A DNA stretch of 41,023 bases from Chiloscyllium plagiosum. Its lineage: Eukaryota. Below the pieces are notes generated by a model, which did no database searches, was not told the origin of the DNA, and saw only the letters and a program-made list of their open reading frames with translations. Every line of letters starts with the position of its first letter. Position 1 is the first letter of the stretch. Positions 1 through 11,849 of this stretch are shown piece after piece. The stretch spans positions 12,358,842 through 12,399,864 of the forward strand of contig NC_057753.1 in assembly GCF_004010195.1 (NCBI RefSeq), given 5' to 3'. The translations under genes and the position numbers were made by a program.

Positions 1-1400
1 CCCTGATCTGACTCGATCTGTATTGGCAGTCCGTACCTAGTAAAAAAGTTCAATAATTCTTCCACAACCATTTTAGCTCTGATGTTGTGTAATGGAAATG
101 CCTCTGGAAATCTCGTCGACACATCCATTATTGTTAGCAAATACTAATTCCCACTTTTTGTTTTAAGTAGGGGACCGACACAATCAATTAAGACTCTTGT
201 GAAAGGTTCCTCAAATGCTGGAATAGGTATTAAAGGTGCAGGTTTTTATGACTGCCCGTGGTTTTCCGATTAGTTGTCATGTATGACATGTCTGTCAAAA
301 TTCACTGACGTCTTTGCGTAGTCCAGACCAGCAAAAATGCCTTTGTATTTTACCCTGGGTTTTCTTCACCCCTAAATGTCCTCCAAGTGATAGCTCATGC
401 GCCACTCGCAGCACCCCCTTTCTATACCCTAGTAGCAAACAAGATTGTTGAACCTCTGCCCATTTTTCATCTGCTTGAATGTGTGTATGGTTTCCATTTC
501 ATCAAGACATCATTTGCTAAGTAATAACACACAGCAATGCGCTTACTTCCTTATTCTGCAAATGTATTTTTATATAGCTGCTCTAACTCCTCATCTTTAT
601 GCTGCAATTCAATTAGATTAGCAGAGCTAAGCATACTTGCATGTTTACCTATATGCTCCACCTCTGTCCCACTTATCTGATCAAATTAAGTTTTGGATAA
701 CAGTGCGACAGCTTCCTTATCTGTGCCTTTTAATCTCTCCTGCTTCAGCTTGTGCCTCTGTGATCTTGTGATCACGCAATTAGGGAAAATTCCTGGATAA
801 ACATTCCCTAGGTCTTCAATTGCCTGCGTCTCCATTGATTTTTTGACTAGAGTAGGCAGCACGCTTACTGGTGAATCAGCTATATCATTTGCAAGGATAA
901 ATTGTATTCCTCGAGCTGCGAGTTTGTCTTGTACTCCTAACGCAAATAGTCCACTTTTCTTTGGACTCTCTAGCCTCACTTTACATAACTGAGCACTTTT
1001 TGTCTCACCATTAATTCCTGTTACTAGCACTTTCTCTGGCAACAGTCCCCCTGGAGTGCACATCTCCTCATCCTTTAGCATTACAGGCTGAGGATGTTGT
1101 GTCCCTTAATATTGTCACCTCCTAACCGATTTGAATGAACTTTAAACTTGCATGCATATTTTTTAGCAGATCTGGCACTTCTGCCTTAATCAAGCTCTGA
1201 TCATCTTGAAAACTCTGAGGCAGTTGTCTAACTTTCCCTGTGCTTTTTGTTCGTAGTCCAGCACAACTTCCAGGTTTGTCTGGTTTTCCTACATCTGGCT
1301 TTCTCCTAGCCCACCAACACTGATTTCGTGTGGCACACTTTATTACAATGAAAACACTGGAGCTTTTTGAACTATGTGTCCCCCTCAAGAGTTTTTGAAT
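1..1400 (-). mobile_element. Ty3/Gypsy LTR retrotransposon internal fragment (gag knuckle, protease, integrase), Gmr1-like, defective
   Basis: Manual minus-strand translation: CFHCNKVCHTKS..C knuckle (~1315-1360); degenerate protease VTILRDT.. and FILAND (~880-1120); HHCC region AHELSLGGHLGVKKT..HFCW..TCHT*; integrase core PAPLIPIPAFEEPFTRVLIDCVGPL..YLLTIMDVSTRFPEAFPL..YGLPIQIESDQG. Stops and frameshifts present. Confidence 0.92.
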
Positions 1401-1404
1401 AGAA

Positions 1405-1790
1405 CAGAACTCAATACTGTTTGTGAGGTGCGATGTACCCTTCAGAAAACCGTGTTGACTATCCCTAATCACCTTATTCCTCTCTTGATGATTATAAATT
1501 CCATCTGTTAACAACGTTTTCAAACACTTTATCCACAACCGACATAAGACTTGCTGGTCTATAATTACCAGGGTTGACTCCTCTTCTTGAAAAAGGGGGC
1601 AACATTTGCTCTCCTCCAGTCTTCTGGCAGTATTCGTGTAAACAATGACGACATAAAGATCAAAGCCAATGGCTCTGTGATCTCCTCCCTGGATTCCCAG
1701 ACAATCTTGGGATAAATCCCATGCGGCCCAGGGGACTTGTCTATTTTCACAATTACCAGAATTTCTAATACCCCCAGTTGTAGCCACATT
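1405..1790 (-). mobile_element. CR1 (HER1-type) LINE reverse transcriptase fragment
   Basis: KSPGPHGIYPKIVWESREEITEPLALIFMSSL..LPEDWRRANVAPFFKK and IRDSQHGFLKG..LTNSIEF motifs. Confidence 0.9.
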
Positions 1791-2559
1791 GAACCGCATC
1801 AAAAATGTAACCAATGTATGGACAGTAAAGAGCACTGGTTCGACGAATGTTATGTTGGTTACATTCATAGGTCATCTCTATTGGTTCCATACCATTTAAT
1901 GGTTGCTCTCCCATTAATATTGATTTTAGTGGTCACTGTTTTTGTGTCAGATAAATTGCATTGGTTTTCAAATCATTCAGGGGACAACGGCACATCAAAA
2001 ATGACCGTAATCAAAGTGATCCAGAAATTTTAAAAAAGCGTAGTCCTATCCTGTTCTATTTGAAAAAAAAAAGATGCTTCTGCCACATTCAAACTGTCAC
2101 TTATTTTGGAAGTTGCGATTTCAATGTATCATCATTTATTCATTTAGCATTTTTGTATTCCTGTATTAGTTGATTTAAATATGCTGGCATGCGGAATAAA
2201 TTCAGCGTCAAATTATTAACTGGGATAAAGTATGTAGTGAGACGGTTTCTTCCATTATTAAAAGGTTAACGTAAGAAATTCCAGCATGAATTGTGCAATA
2301 GAGTTCGACTGTTTATTTACTTCAAGCTCACCTAGCACACGTTCCCGTTTTCAATACAGCTGATTCTGCATTCATAGCGAGCACAAAAACTTAGGAATCT
2401 ACGTAAGTAGGGGTCCATTCTGAAAGAATTCCATTTTGTGAACCATTTTAGTAAGGTTCCAGTGTTCTGACCGGTGGTGGTTCAGGTCTGGTTTGTTTTC
2501 ATAAGTCTTTAGGACTCTGGAGGCCTCTAGCAGCTGTTATTAATAGTTGGTGAAACATG

Positions 2560-2800
2560 CAAGAAGAACTTATCTTTAATTAGTTTTGTGGACACGACGA
2601 TTGGACTTAAAGGAACGATTGTCTGCCGTGCCATATTGTTTTTCTAGAGACCAGCCTGCATCTAGATGAATTCCTCCATCATTCCTCTATTCGTGTGCAT
2701 TGCTTACTGGCGCTTTGGCCAAGCAACCCTCAAAATACGGCATCAATATCTGAGGTCTTGGTGATTTCTACACAAGATCATCTTATTAACTTGAAGTTGA
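2560..2800 (+). mobile_element. Highly decayed piggyBac-type transposase remnant
   Basis: LDE at 2662-2670, then about 19 codons later KQPSKYGINI*GLGDFYTRSSY*LEV (2721-2798), matching the piggyBac pattern xDE..KPxKYGIKIWxLxD..xLEVY. Confidence 0.55.
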
Positions 2801-3214
2801 GAATTGTTCGACCCTTCTGTAGCCTTTTGTAACCACAATTGGTTGTGACTGAAGCAGCCATTGCCTCTTGGTTGCTGTTCAAGTGCTCCTGCGCGGGGTG
2901 GTGTGTTATGCCCTTCTTCATATTCGCCAGTCACCACCTGTCATTTCTTCCACGTTTACAGCAGGGGACTAATCGATAATAACGTGACACTAAAATAAAG
3001 TAAGCGGTGTCTTGTTACTCCAAGAGGTGATCCTTCTGCCTGTTTGGACAGTACTGTTGTCCTTCCTGTGAGTGAATCCCTGATAATTTCATCCTCTACT
3101 TTTCTTTAATGTATTCACAGGATGTGGGTGTCTCTGTCTGGGAAATTGTCCATCCCTGACAATTGGGGATAATAACATTGCTATGGTGTTGAATGCTTTG
3201 CCTAATAATTGTAA

Positions 3215-3337
3215 GTTTCCAAAACAAAAACCTTCTTAACCACCTTTTCTACTTATCCTGCAGCTTTCAATCATTTATGGACGTGCACACCATGCTCCCT
3301 CTGATTTCTGTGCTTCTCAGGGTTCTACCATTCTGTT
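3215..3337 (-). mobile_element. Old CR1 LINE fragment, interrupted by a younger CR1 and resuming at ~3755-3950
   Basis: accttcttaaccaccttttctacttatcctgcagctttca..tggacgtgcacacc resembles the reverse strand of the CR1 RT C-terminal region. Confidence 0.55.
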
Positions 3338-3753
3338 ATGCTTTCCTTTATTGGTCAGAGTGTTGAGTACAGGAGTTGGGAGGTCATGTTGCGGTTGTAC
3401 AGGACATTGGTTAGGACGCTGTTGGAGTATTGTGTGCAATTCTGGTCTCCTTCCTATCGGAAAGATGTTGTGAAACTTGAAAGGGTTCAGAAAAGATTTA
3501 CAAGGATGTTTCCAGGGTTGGAGGATCTGAGCTACAGGGAGAGGCTAAACAGGCTGGGCCTGTATTCCCTGGAGTGTCGGAGGCTGAGGAGTGACCTTAT
3601 AGAGATTTACAAAATTATGAGGGGCATGGATAGGATAAAGCCGGGTGCTGGCAGGTGGGACTAGATTGGGTTGGGATGTCTGGTCAGCATGGACGGGTTG
3701 GACTAAAGGGTCTGTTTCCATGCTGTACATCTCTATGATTCTATAACTCTATG
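3338..3753 (+). mobile_element. Young 5'-truncated CR1 (HER1-type) LINE 3' end with an internal deletion
   Basis: ORF with LYRTLVRTLLEYCVQFWSPSYRKDVVKLERVQKRFTRM..RRLRSDLIEIYKIMRG; jumps to the 3' UTR near 3640; ends in a ctctatg-type tail. Confidence 0.93.
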
Positions 3754-4724
3754 CATTGTATTGCATTGTTATTCCTCCTGAAATGCATCAACTCACACAG
3801 TTAGGATTAACTTCCATTTGTCACTGTTCAGGCTTTTGATTCGCACATCTATATAGTTCTGTAGTTTTAGGATTTCATCCTCATCATTTACCACAGCACC
3901 ACTTTTTGTCTTAACAATGAACTTACTGATCATTCCTCTGGCATTCATTAACATACACGTTCTCAGGAAAAGATCTGATGGTCTATGACGGGAAGGTGGA
4001 TTGATGAAATGAAAGCATCGAGATTTACAATTGCAGTTTTTTTCAAGTTAATTGAGTTATATTAGTCTACATATGTGAAAAATATCCCATTAGCAATAAG
4101 GAAGCTGTAAGTCATTGAGAAAAAAAACACATTTTCTTTCTTTGATTAATTTTGTAAACACTGAAAGCAAAACTTTCAATGCATAAAAGGAGAGAAATCC
4201 GCGAATGTCTGGTTTATTGGATTGTTATGTTTGGAACTGTCGTTAATTCTGATTAAAAAATAATATTTTGTGCATATCAATTATCTCAGAAATATGATTT
4301 GAGAGAAGAACTGTAATATCAGGAGAGTAAAAAGAAACATAAGATCTAGTTATCCGTAAATACTGTCAACAAATGTAACTGTTTTGAATTCATATATAAA
4401 GGAAGGGAACAATGGACTAAGAAATGATGGGTGGGTGGAATTGTGGGAGGAAGGGCAGCCGGAAGGATATGGTGGAAAGTTAAGCATTGACTCTGAAAAC
4501 TGGAAAGTTAAATTATGACTTTAGGACACGAACCAGATAGTTTAGCACGTCAACAGAAAGATAGAAACGTTGATAGTTCGGCAGTTCTTCAGAATCAGGA
4601 AATATTTAGAGTTGGAAAATAGGTCATACTTCCCTAGAGGAAGGATCTGTTAGTTTTTGCATCAACAATGCGAGGGAGTCCTTCACAACAAACCTTGCTG
4701 AGGTAAGAGGATTAACCTGCATTG

Positions 4725-5634
4725 ATTTTGTTTAACCATTTAAAACAACTCGTGAGTGTAGCAAAAGGACACATTAACACCTTCTTTAGCTTTGTCGGAC
4801 TTTGTTCGGCGATTTTGAATAAATGAAGGCGTTATTACAGGAACTGAGTAACGTGAGCCAATTAGCCATCTCTTGAAGAGTGTATTGCGGGTCACTGAAA
4901 TTCAGGCCCATCAAGTAACCTTCACCTGTAACCCACACATAGAGGAAACGCCAAACATAAGTGGCTCACAGGATTTGGAAAATAAGATAAATGGCGAAAA
5001 GCAGAAAAATGGACCTCTTGTGGTTGACAAACTCCTGATCTCCAAAAGTTTCAGTGCCGCAGAGTGTCCTGCGGGTTCTGCCGGTTGCCAAGATGTGTCC
5101 AACCGTCATTGTGTTTCGCAACAAAATGAGGAAACAATCGAAAGAAAGGGTGTTAAGATCTGTTCTAGCATGTCGTAGGCCTGCCAGATTGGCTAAGTGT
5201 AATAGCTGGACTTGAAATCACAGAACCAGGACAGCCGTGTATGATGTATAAGGGTTGGGATTTGACACAGAAAGGTGCATTCTTTAGACAGCACAGGGCA
5301 CAAAGTATTCCAAAGATCAATGATGCAGTTTTTTCCAGCTAGTATGTGGTTTTCAGACTCTGGGAGCAGAAGGCCGTGGAACGGTCTGTTCTGAAGGCAG
5401 GTATCAACCAAACATAAGCCTTCTAGATTGCAAAGGCCATCGCAATAATGAAACTACAGACGAGGATCATGGACAATACACTAATCCACAAATAAATGCC
5501 ACTTATCCTGTTGATAAGGACTGCAACAATAATGACAAGGAAATCGGTCACTGCTTTTGCAAGCAGGTAGTAGATAATGTATCAAGACAGTCCACATCTT
5601 CTTTGTGATAGGATTAGGATTGCCACCAATTTGG
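4725..5634 (-). pseudogene. GPR139-like: GPR139/GPR142-like class A GPCR pseudogene, main (second) exon
   Basis: KLVAILILSQRRCGLS*YIIYYLLAKAVTDFLVII..VWLIPAFRTDRSTAFCSQSLKTTY*LEKTA..CCLKNAPF..NFSDPQYTLQEMANWLTLLSSCNNAFIY; several stops and frameshifts; paralogous to 26465-27372. Confidence 0.88.
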
Positions 5635-5879
5635 ATGTGAAAGGTTAAGAAAAGATGGAAACCTTAGTATGCAGGTTCGAAATTGTAGCTATGCCTCATT
5701 AGATGGTTGTCTCGCCACGTTCAGATTTCAGAACTTCCAAAGCATTGTTTATATTACAATATTGGATTAAATATTTGACAATCCTTCGTTCGTTTCAAAC
5801 TTTCATGAGCAAAAATTCCATTCCTTGTTTCCTATTGTAGTCCCTGTGCCAAAGCATTCTGCTCAAGGTCAATCGGACC

Positions 5880-6260
5880 ATTGACTGATCATGTTGTTAT
5901 CACTTGAATCTCAATCAAATCGTCAACGTTATCCAACCAGGTTTATATGGCCTTCCCAGTTTAACAACGTCTCTGCTTTAATAAGCTCATGTTCCAAATT
6001 TAAATATAAACCCTATTGTGATGATACTTAGTCCATGCAAAATCTTGCAACTATTCCCGTTTTCAGGATATCTCTAACTTTTCATGATATATCTAGGGAT
6101 AACGAAAGGGCACGCGATCGCTTTATACCTAATACTAATGACTTCTTTCATCGCGGTTATGTCTTTAGCTAACAAGACCGTAACCTTTGGAAATCGCTTC
6201 CTCTATCCTGCTTTAAGATGTTCATTATAATCAAAATCTAAAGTTTTGGGCCAATTTTCG
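5880..6260 (+). mobile_element. Ancient L2-like LINE 3' remnant
   Basis: Weak resemblance of gtctttagct..ctttggaaatcgcttcct..ctttaagatgttc..aagttttgg to L2 3' ends. Confidence 0.35.
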
Positions 6261-6990
6261 CCTTCTTTCTTTCTTTTTTGTATTAACTCTACTGTAAAAC
6301 ATCCCACTGTACATACTAAACTGGCTAACCACCACATTCTCAAGTGGAAACTAGCAGAGTTACGTAAATGTTAACATTATCGATTACACCACATTGTGAT
6401 TATTATGAAATTACACAATCATATAAAGCTTATAAATCCTTCCAGCAGAAGGGCGAAATGCTTAAAAGATCAAACATCTTACTTCTTAACCCACTTCTTA
6501 CAAGTAATTCCAAATTGAAGACAGAAGAGCATATTAATAATGGGGCTGCTGTACAGGAGCTCATTACGTGGTAACTACAGCATGCTCCCAGATGTCGGAG
6601 CATAAATTATGTAAATTGGAATTGATTCTATGCTTCAGTACATCAAATACAATGATTGTATGTAATAAATTATCCCCCGTCACTGTGCTAATATTCAGGC
6701 TGAAACGCATTCATTATTGTCAATTATAACGTGTTCTTACCAGTTGGCAACCAAAATACGAATTTTCATTCTGCAAAGTTACAATTAACTTAAACTTCAA
6801 AAAATTCCAAATCTCTGATCAGATAATTGACGGACAGTTCATCTGTCAGACTTATATTAACCATATATCAATGTGAAGCATCATGTAGTGAATAAAACCT
6901 TGTAGTAACAAAATTACAATGTGATTGAACATTCACGATGACTGCAGTGAAGTTTACAACATTATTTCCTGAAGGCCCAAGTGTGACCTT

Positions 6991-7610
6991 TCTTATGGAC
7001 CAGACTTGACCCGCTCAAAATATTTTCAGAATGTAGCCTACAACCTAACCTTTTCTTATGTTAAAGGTAATTGTAAAGTGTTTCAGATACAATTCAATTG
7101 ATCAAGTATTCGACGTGAAACAACGCAATTCTTTTAGATGTTGTGGTTAAAATACAAACAAAGAAAAAAGAAATTTATAATAAATTAACTCATCACAATT
7201 AATTTTTGAAGAAAAACTTTACAGAACAATTGATCCAGTAACAATTAAAGTTAACTGTTCCTATACAGTAACATCCCATAAACGTACCCCTTGGTTAAAA
7301 GGAAAATTGAAACAAAAATGCAAACATGCAATTCTCCAATCCAGGTTGGAAAAAAAAAATCAAGATGCAGTCCAAAGACTATGGCGGCAAAGAGGCGTTC
7401 CCTGAAGCTTCCAACTCTTTTGAGATCCCATGAGCTTCTGTTTCAACCTAAATGTAAAATCAGAAGAAAAAAAATCTATGAGAAAGCCATATCTGTGAGA
7501 GCTGGCCACACACAGACTGCTTCCATTGTACCAAATAATAGTTCGCCTCCTCTGACTGACAAAGTCTCTTCAAAAAATCATCACGACAATGTACCCTTTT
7601 GAAAGTGACA
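6991..7610 (-). mobile_element. Solo-LTR-like repeat
   Basis: About 620 bp, tcttatggac..gtgaca (TG..CA-like ends); terminal segment resembles the reverse complement of 17180-17213. Confidence 0.5.
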
Positions 7611-8429
7611 ACAACGTTATACATTACACAACTGGTTCAATTTCAAAGCTGCAGAAGATGTTCAATTGGAAGTTAGTCAATACTGAAGTGAATGCACCTG
7701 AGGAGAATATAAACATTTGGGTGAAATTGTCGAATATATTTTCGGTTAAATTTCTCATATAGAATTGTAGGTGGTACAATTTGGTAGATCAATATGGAGA
7801 AGCAACATAGGATAATTTAAGAAGGTGCATTTGTAAATAGATGCGTTGAATCATCGTCTGCGCGCACTCTGTTCTTTAGAGATGACTGGTGATGGCGAGA
7901 TTGCTGTTCAGGACCACTTCTGGATTCAATAAGACACTCAATGTGCAAAAGCAAAAACGTTACTCTGAACATTTCAATATTACTGATGAGGAGTATTGTG
8001 TTCAATTACGAACACAACACCTAGTTAATAAAGCCAATGTGTTGAACAGCTTGGAAGGGCGATTGATTAGAAAGGAACCAGCGATCAGTGATAGCTTTGT
8101 GACGAGATAGAGCCAGCCGAATCTGTTCTCTGAAGCCAAGTCACAACTTACAGGCAATTTCATACAGATTTTGAAAATTATCAATTGTTTTGTGGAATGT
8201 TGTTTGAGGAGTAAAATATTAGTTTTGTCAAGGAGGATAAAGAATTTCAAGTGCTAGAGGCAAACGGAAACACATTCGCATATTTAAGATGATTAGGAAA
8301 TGAAATAGGGGAAGCAACCCCCTCTTATAAAGGTTAGTTCTGTAGTCTGGAAAGTGGTGCCTAGGAAGAGTAGCAGGGACAAATAAAATCGACACAGTGC
8401 AAGCAAACAACCGGGTTGACCTGTTGTGT

Positions 8430-8580
8430 GAGAGAGAGATTACTAGTGACACTTTAATGCAAGTGTCACTATGACCCAGGCGAGTTAATGGGTGAAAAGG
8501 AGCGTAACTCGTGGCAAACTCATTTTGGGCAGGAACAGGACGAAAATCAGCCATCCATCCACCTGAGCTAACCAACCCCC
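8430..8580 (-). mobile_element. Decayed tRNA-derived SINE
   Basis: Minus strand begins ggttggttagctcaggtggatggatggctg (A-box-like tRNA head). Confidence 0.5.
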
Positions 8581-9181
8581 AATCAGAACGACATACATGA
8601 ATTTTGAATGAAATTCAGTTTTAAAGTATAGAGAAAGAGTGGTTGAGAGGGAAAGCTGAGAGCTCTGGCACAGCACAACAATTATGATTTGTTGATTGAT
8701 TTTTAAAAATGTTTGTGTAGAATTCAATGTAGTTAATGATGGCTCCCATGTTAAATAATTTTGATTAGTGTTATTTGTTGCCCCCTATGATTTGGCATTA
8801 CAGAATTAAATATTTCGAAAGGATGGTAAGAAGTACTCGTCATGGCTATCAAGAAACAGATTTGGATATGCATTAAGAACAATTTACTGACAATCATAAT
8901 TTTTGCACCAAACATAGGATAGCAAAGATTATCACCGTGTGATGGTTCAGAAGATGACAAAGTGTGCAGAAAGCTTTAAATAGCTTGCTGAGTATACAGA
9001 GCTGATGGCCAAGTGCTGGGAATTTGGACCAAAGTTGATGGCTGTTTGATGGTCTGTACTGTCACGATGGGTTTTAGGGTCTTTCACTTGACGACAGCGA
9101 GGAACTTATCCTCAGTGAATGTGTCAAAATGAAATTTCAGAAACAGTGTTATGAAGAAATAGTAGAAACGCTGCCAATGCC

Positions 9182-9245
9182 TTCCATGGTGACTAGCATT
9201 CCACCCTCTCACTGCTGGGCCTGGGGTCGATTCCCAGTCGGGGAA
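9182..9245 (+). tRNA. tRNA-Glu(CTC) pseudogene
   Basis: gtgactagcattccaccctCTCactgctgggcctggggtcgattcccagtcggggaa aligns with vertebrate tRNA-Glu GTGGTTAGGATTCGGCGCTCTCACCGCCGCGGCCCGGGTTCGATTCCCGGTCAGGGAA; D arm partly deleted, T loop mutated. Confidence 0.75.
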
Positions 9246-9370
9246 CGAGAGCTTCTGTATTTAACAAATGTATCATGATGATATGTCTAACTGCTTTTCA
9301 TAAACATGAACTAAGCCATTGAGCTGTCAGAAGGATCTTCATGATCCCAAACTTTATTCAGGTTAATATA

Positions 9371-9460
9371 AAACAAAGAACAGCTGGTGCTGGAAATCTG
9401 ATACAAAAACAGAAATTTCTGAATAAACCCAGCAGCCTTGGCAACATCAGTGGAGAGAAA
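9371..9460 (-). mobile_element. Old Penelope-like terminal fragment without hammerhead
   Basis: tgctggaaatctg..cagcagccttggcaacatc parallels tgctggagatc..cagcaggtcaggcagcatc at 39769-39827. Confidence 0.55.
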
Positions 9461-9469
9461 AATAAATAA

Positions 9470-9570
9470 GTAGAATCTAATTGAAAGTTTGGGTTTGATT
9501 TATAATTAGAACAACAGGCACCTGGGACTGAATGTCATACTGGAATCTAATCGAGAGGTTTGTTTATGTT
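9470..9570 (+). repeat. About 1.5 degenerate units of a shark tandem repeat
   Basis: tagaatctaattgaaagttt and tggaatctaatcgagaggttt are 70 bp apart. Confidence 0.45.
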
Positions 9571-10338
9571 GCAGTTTACTCGACTTGAAATGCAGCTCCA
9601 TATTAAAATGCTGTGGGGAAACAAGATGTTTAACTGTGGACTTAGAATTTTTAACAAACTCTTTCTGATTCGATTTCAATACCCAGTTTACAATTTTTAA
9701 ACGACTTCATCAGCTTTAATGCACTTTCAACTGCCCGGAAGTGGTGAAAGGTTTGTTTAAATGTTAAACTTTCAACAGAGGTGTTGACGTGTTTTGAGGA
9801 ACCTTTCTCTGCACAGGAGAAATAACTTGAATGGTTGTATCTCTCATTCCTCCACCGAGTAGAGGTTTAGAAGAACTGGGCGAACTGTCCTGAGAATTGG
9901 CAAATCTCCAGATATTCAGAAGAGACTTATATTTGGTCAGTAAGGTAACACCACCAGCAGCTCCGGCTATCGTTGACACACATTGATTGAAGATGTAGCC
10001 ACTTGGTTTGACCCCATATCCGCTTGTGAACTTCTATAGCCCAAAGTGGCGAGCAATTCTGGATTTAGAAAGGGAAGCTTGCCACACAGCAACCTCAAGC
10101 CAAGAATTTTTATCTGACCGAAAGTGCCAGATTTTGTAAACTTCAGTTACAGGATATTTAAGTGGTTTTGTGCACGGAAGTATGAATCAAACATCACCGT
10201 AAAATTTAGCAAAACGGCTCATTTCGCCAAAACGTGTATATTATCAGATTTTGAATGGAAACATTGAATGTCACGTAGTGACCACTTGCCATGTAAAATT
10301 TCTTCTTCGTGTTTTCTCTGAAATTCATTCTCATAATC

Positions 10339-10470
10339 TTGAAACCACGGCCAATCGCTTGACTATGTACTGCTGACTTACCAATTTTACCATCTATCAG
10401 AATGGTTAATGAATAGAAATTTTTTTTACTGCACCACTATTAAATTCTTTCCTGCACTTACAGCATTCAT
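10339..10470. repeat. Direct repeat copy A (copy B at 11658-11789)
   Basis: ttgaaaccacggccaatc..tgctgacttaccaattttaccat.tatcagaatggttaatga.tagaaatt..ttttactgcacca.tattaaatt repeated at an offset of 1319 bp. Confidence 0.9.
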
Positions 10471-10499
10471 CCGTGCCTGTAATCCTTTTTATATCAAAT

Positions 10500-10700
10500 A
10501 TTTGGAACATGTTTTTGTTTATGTACTTAAACTGATTGCACATTGATACACTTCAGTCGAATTGATCATCAACCCAGTTTCTCTTTGAAATTAAAATTCC
10601 TAATTTCTTCAACTATCTCAGTAAATCTCCTCTGCATCCTTGCAAGTACCATCACATCCTTCAGAACGTATAGTGTGTACTGGTTTTCGTGCAATACAAT
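10500..10700 (-). mobile_element. Old CR1 fragment
   Basis: Minus strand aaggatgtgatggtacttgcaaggatgcagaggagatttact = KDVMVLARMQRRFT. Confidence 0.6.
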
Positions 10701-11053
10701 CATGGGCCAATGGTTGCACAGCGACTTCACCTGCTTAGAGTAGTTTTCTCAATCGTGAGCTGAACTCAGTCTCTACGTTTCTACATCTTTGCATTGCAAG
10801 TTCCTGCAGGAGACTCTAATTTAAAAGCAGTGAAATCGTTTCAGTACTGATCATTTTTCAGCATTAAGCTGCAATGTCTAGCTTTTAGTACTGTGCTTGT
10901 TATTCGTAAGAGATTGCATAGTCTGTGGCTGGTGTGACTCATTTACTTTGCATTTGAATTGACGTTCATCCCCAAGGACTGTTTTCACTGAAGGCCACAT
11001 AAGTTTCATCATTTTTTATTTTATATAGTCCCCTTTCCCAAGTAAAACTTATA

Positions 11054-11601
11054 TGGGGGATTCTCGATTATCCGAACGAGATGAGCGTGCACTATTTCGA
11101 TTGAATAATTGATTATTCGGTTAATTGATTAAATGCCTTTCCTCTGGGTTTCGGTGCTTTTAAAGTCTGCTCATGTTCAGGGGATTGCAGCTGCACACAT
11201 TGCACGAGCCCTCGCCCTTAGAACCTACCCCTGCCCCCAAACCCCTCCAACAACACCTCCGCCTTCCCCATCCAACACTGAAACCCCACCCCATCCGCAC
11301 CTGCCCGCCGCCCGCCCACAATCCCTTCCAACACTCCCCCCATTGCAGACCTCCGCCCGCACCTCCCCCTCTCAGGGGCAGCCAGAAGGGCACCAACAAC
11401 AAGACTGCTGCTGCTGCTTTTGTGGGGTCAGTCTCCAAATAGCACACATACACCCAGCCAAAGCCACACACACAACTTTTTACAGCAACATTTTCACAGG
11501 TTTCATGTTTGCTCTGTACAGGACAATGTTGGGACCTCGAGATCCCCTTCACATGATCCAATTTTCGGATAATTGGTATTCGGATAATCGAGGTTCCTCT
11601 G
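11054..11601. mobile_element. Tc1/mariner (Tigger/pogo-type) non-autonomous DNA transposon (MITE)
   Basis: 23-bp TIRs tgggggattctcgattatccgaa / ttcggataatcgaggttcctctg (18/23 match), TA on both sides, subterminal ttcggataat-like repeats. Confidence 0.85.
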
Positions 11602-11657
11602 TATTTTAGCTCTGCTTCATGTTTTGCTGTTATTTCTACTAATTTTGTCAAATTAAG

Positions 11658-11789
11658 TTGAAATCACAGCCAATCATTTGACCATGTAGTGCTGACTTAC
11701 CAATTTTACCATGTATCAGAATGGTTAATGACTAGAAATTGCTTTTACTGCACCATTATTAAATTATACCCTGCATGCACAATATTCAT
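11658..11789. repeat. Direct repeat copy B
   Basis: Matches 10339-10470. Confidence 0.9.
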
Positions 11790-11849
11790 TCAGATAATGT
11801 CTCGAAACTTGATCTTCTGTTTTTTGACGGTTCTACCTTCCACCCTTTT

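Noticed and set aside
1122..1868. Longest ORF (248 aa)
   Set aside because: Chimeric read-through of CR1 and Gypsy fragments in mixed frames
6735..6800. Minus-strand gtaag donor as exon 1 of the nearby GPCR
   Set aside because: No resemblance to the YYP..GVP exon
9880..10060. CPENW and TWFDPISACELL*PKVAS, reminiscent of a C-type lectin domain
   Set aside because: Motif spacing is about twice the usual, with no CY or WIGL motif; could be chance without an HMM search
11133..11651. Three overlapping Pro- or Gly-rich ORFs
   Set aside because: By-product of the C-rich MITE interior
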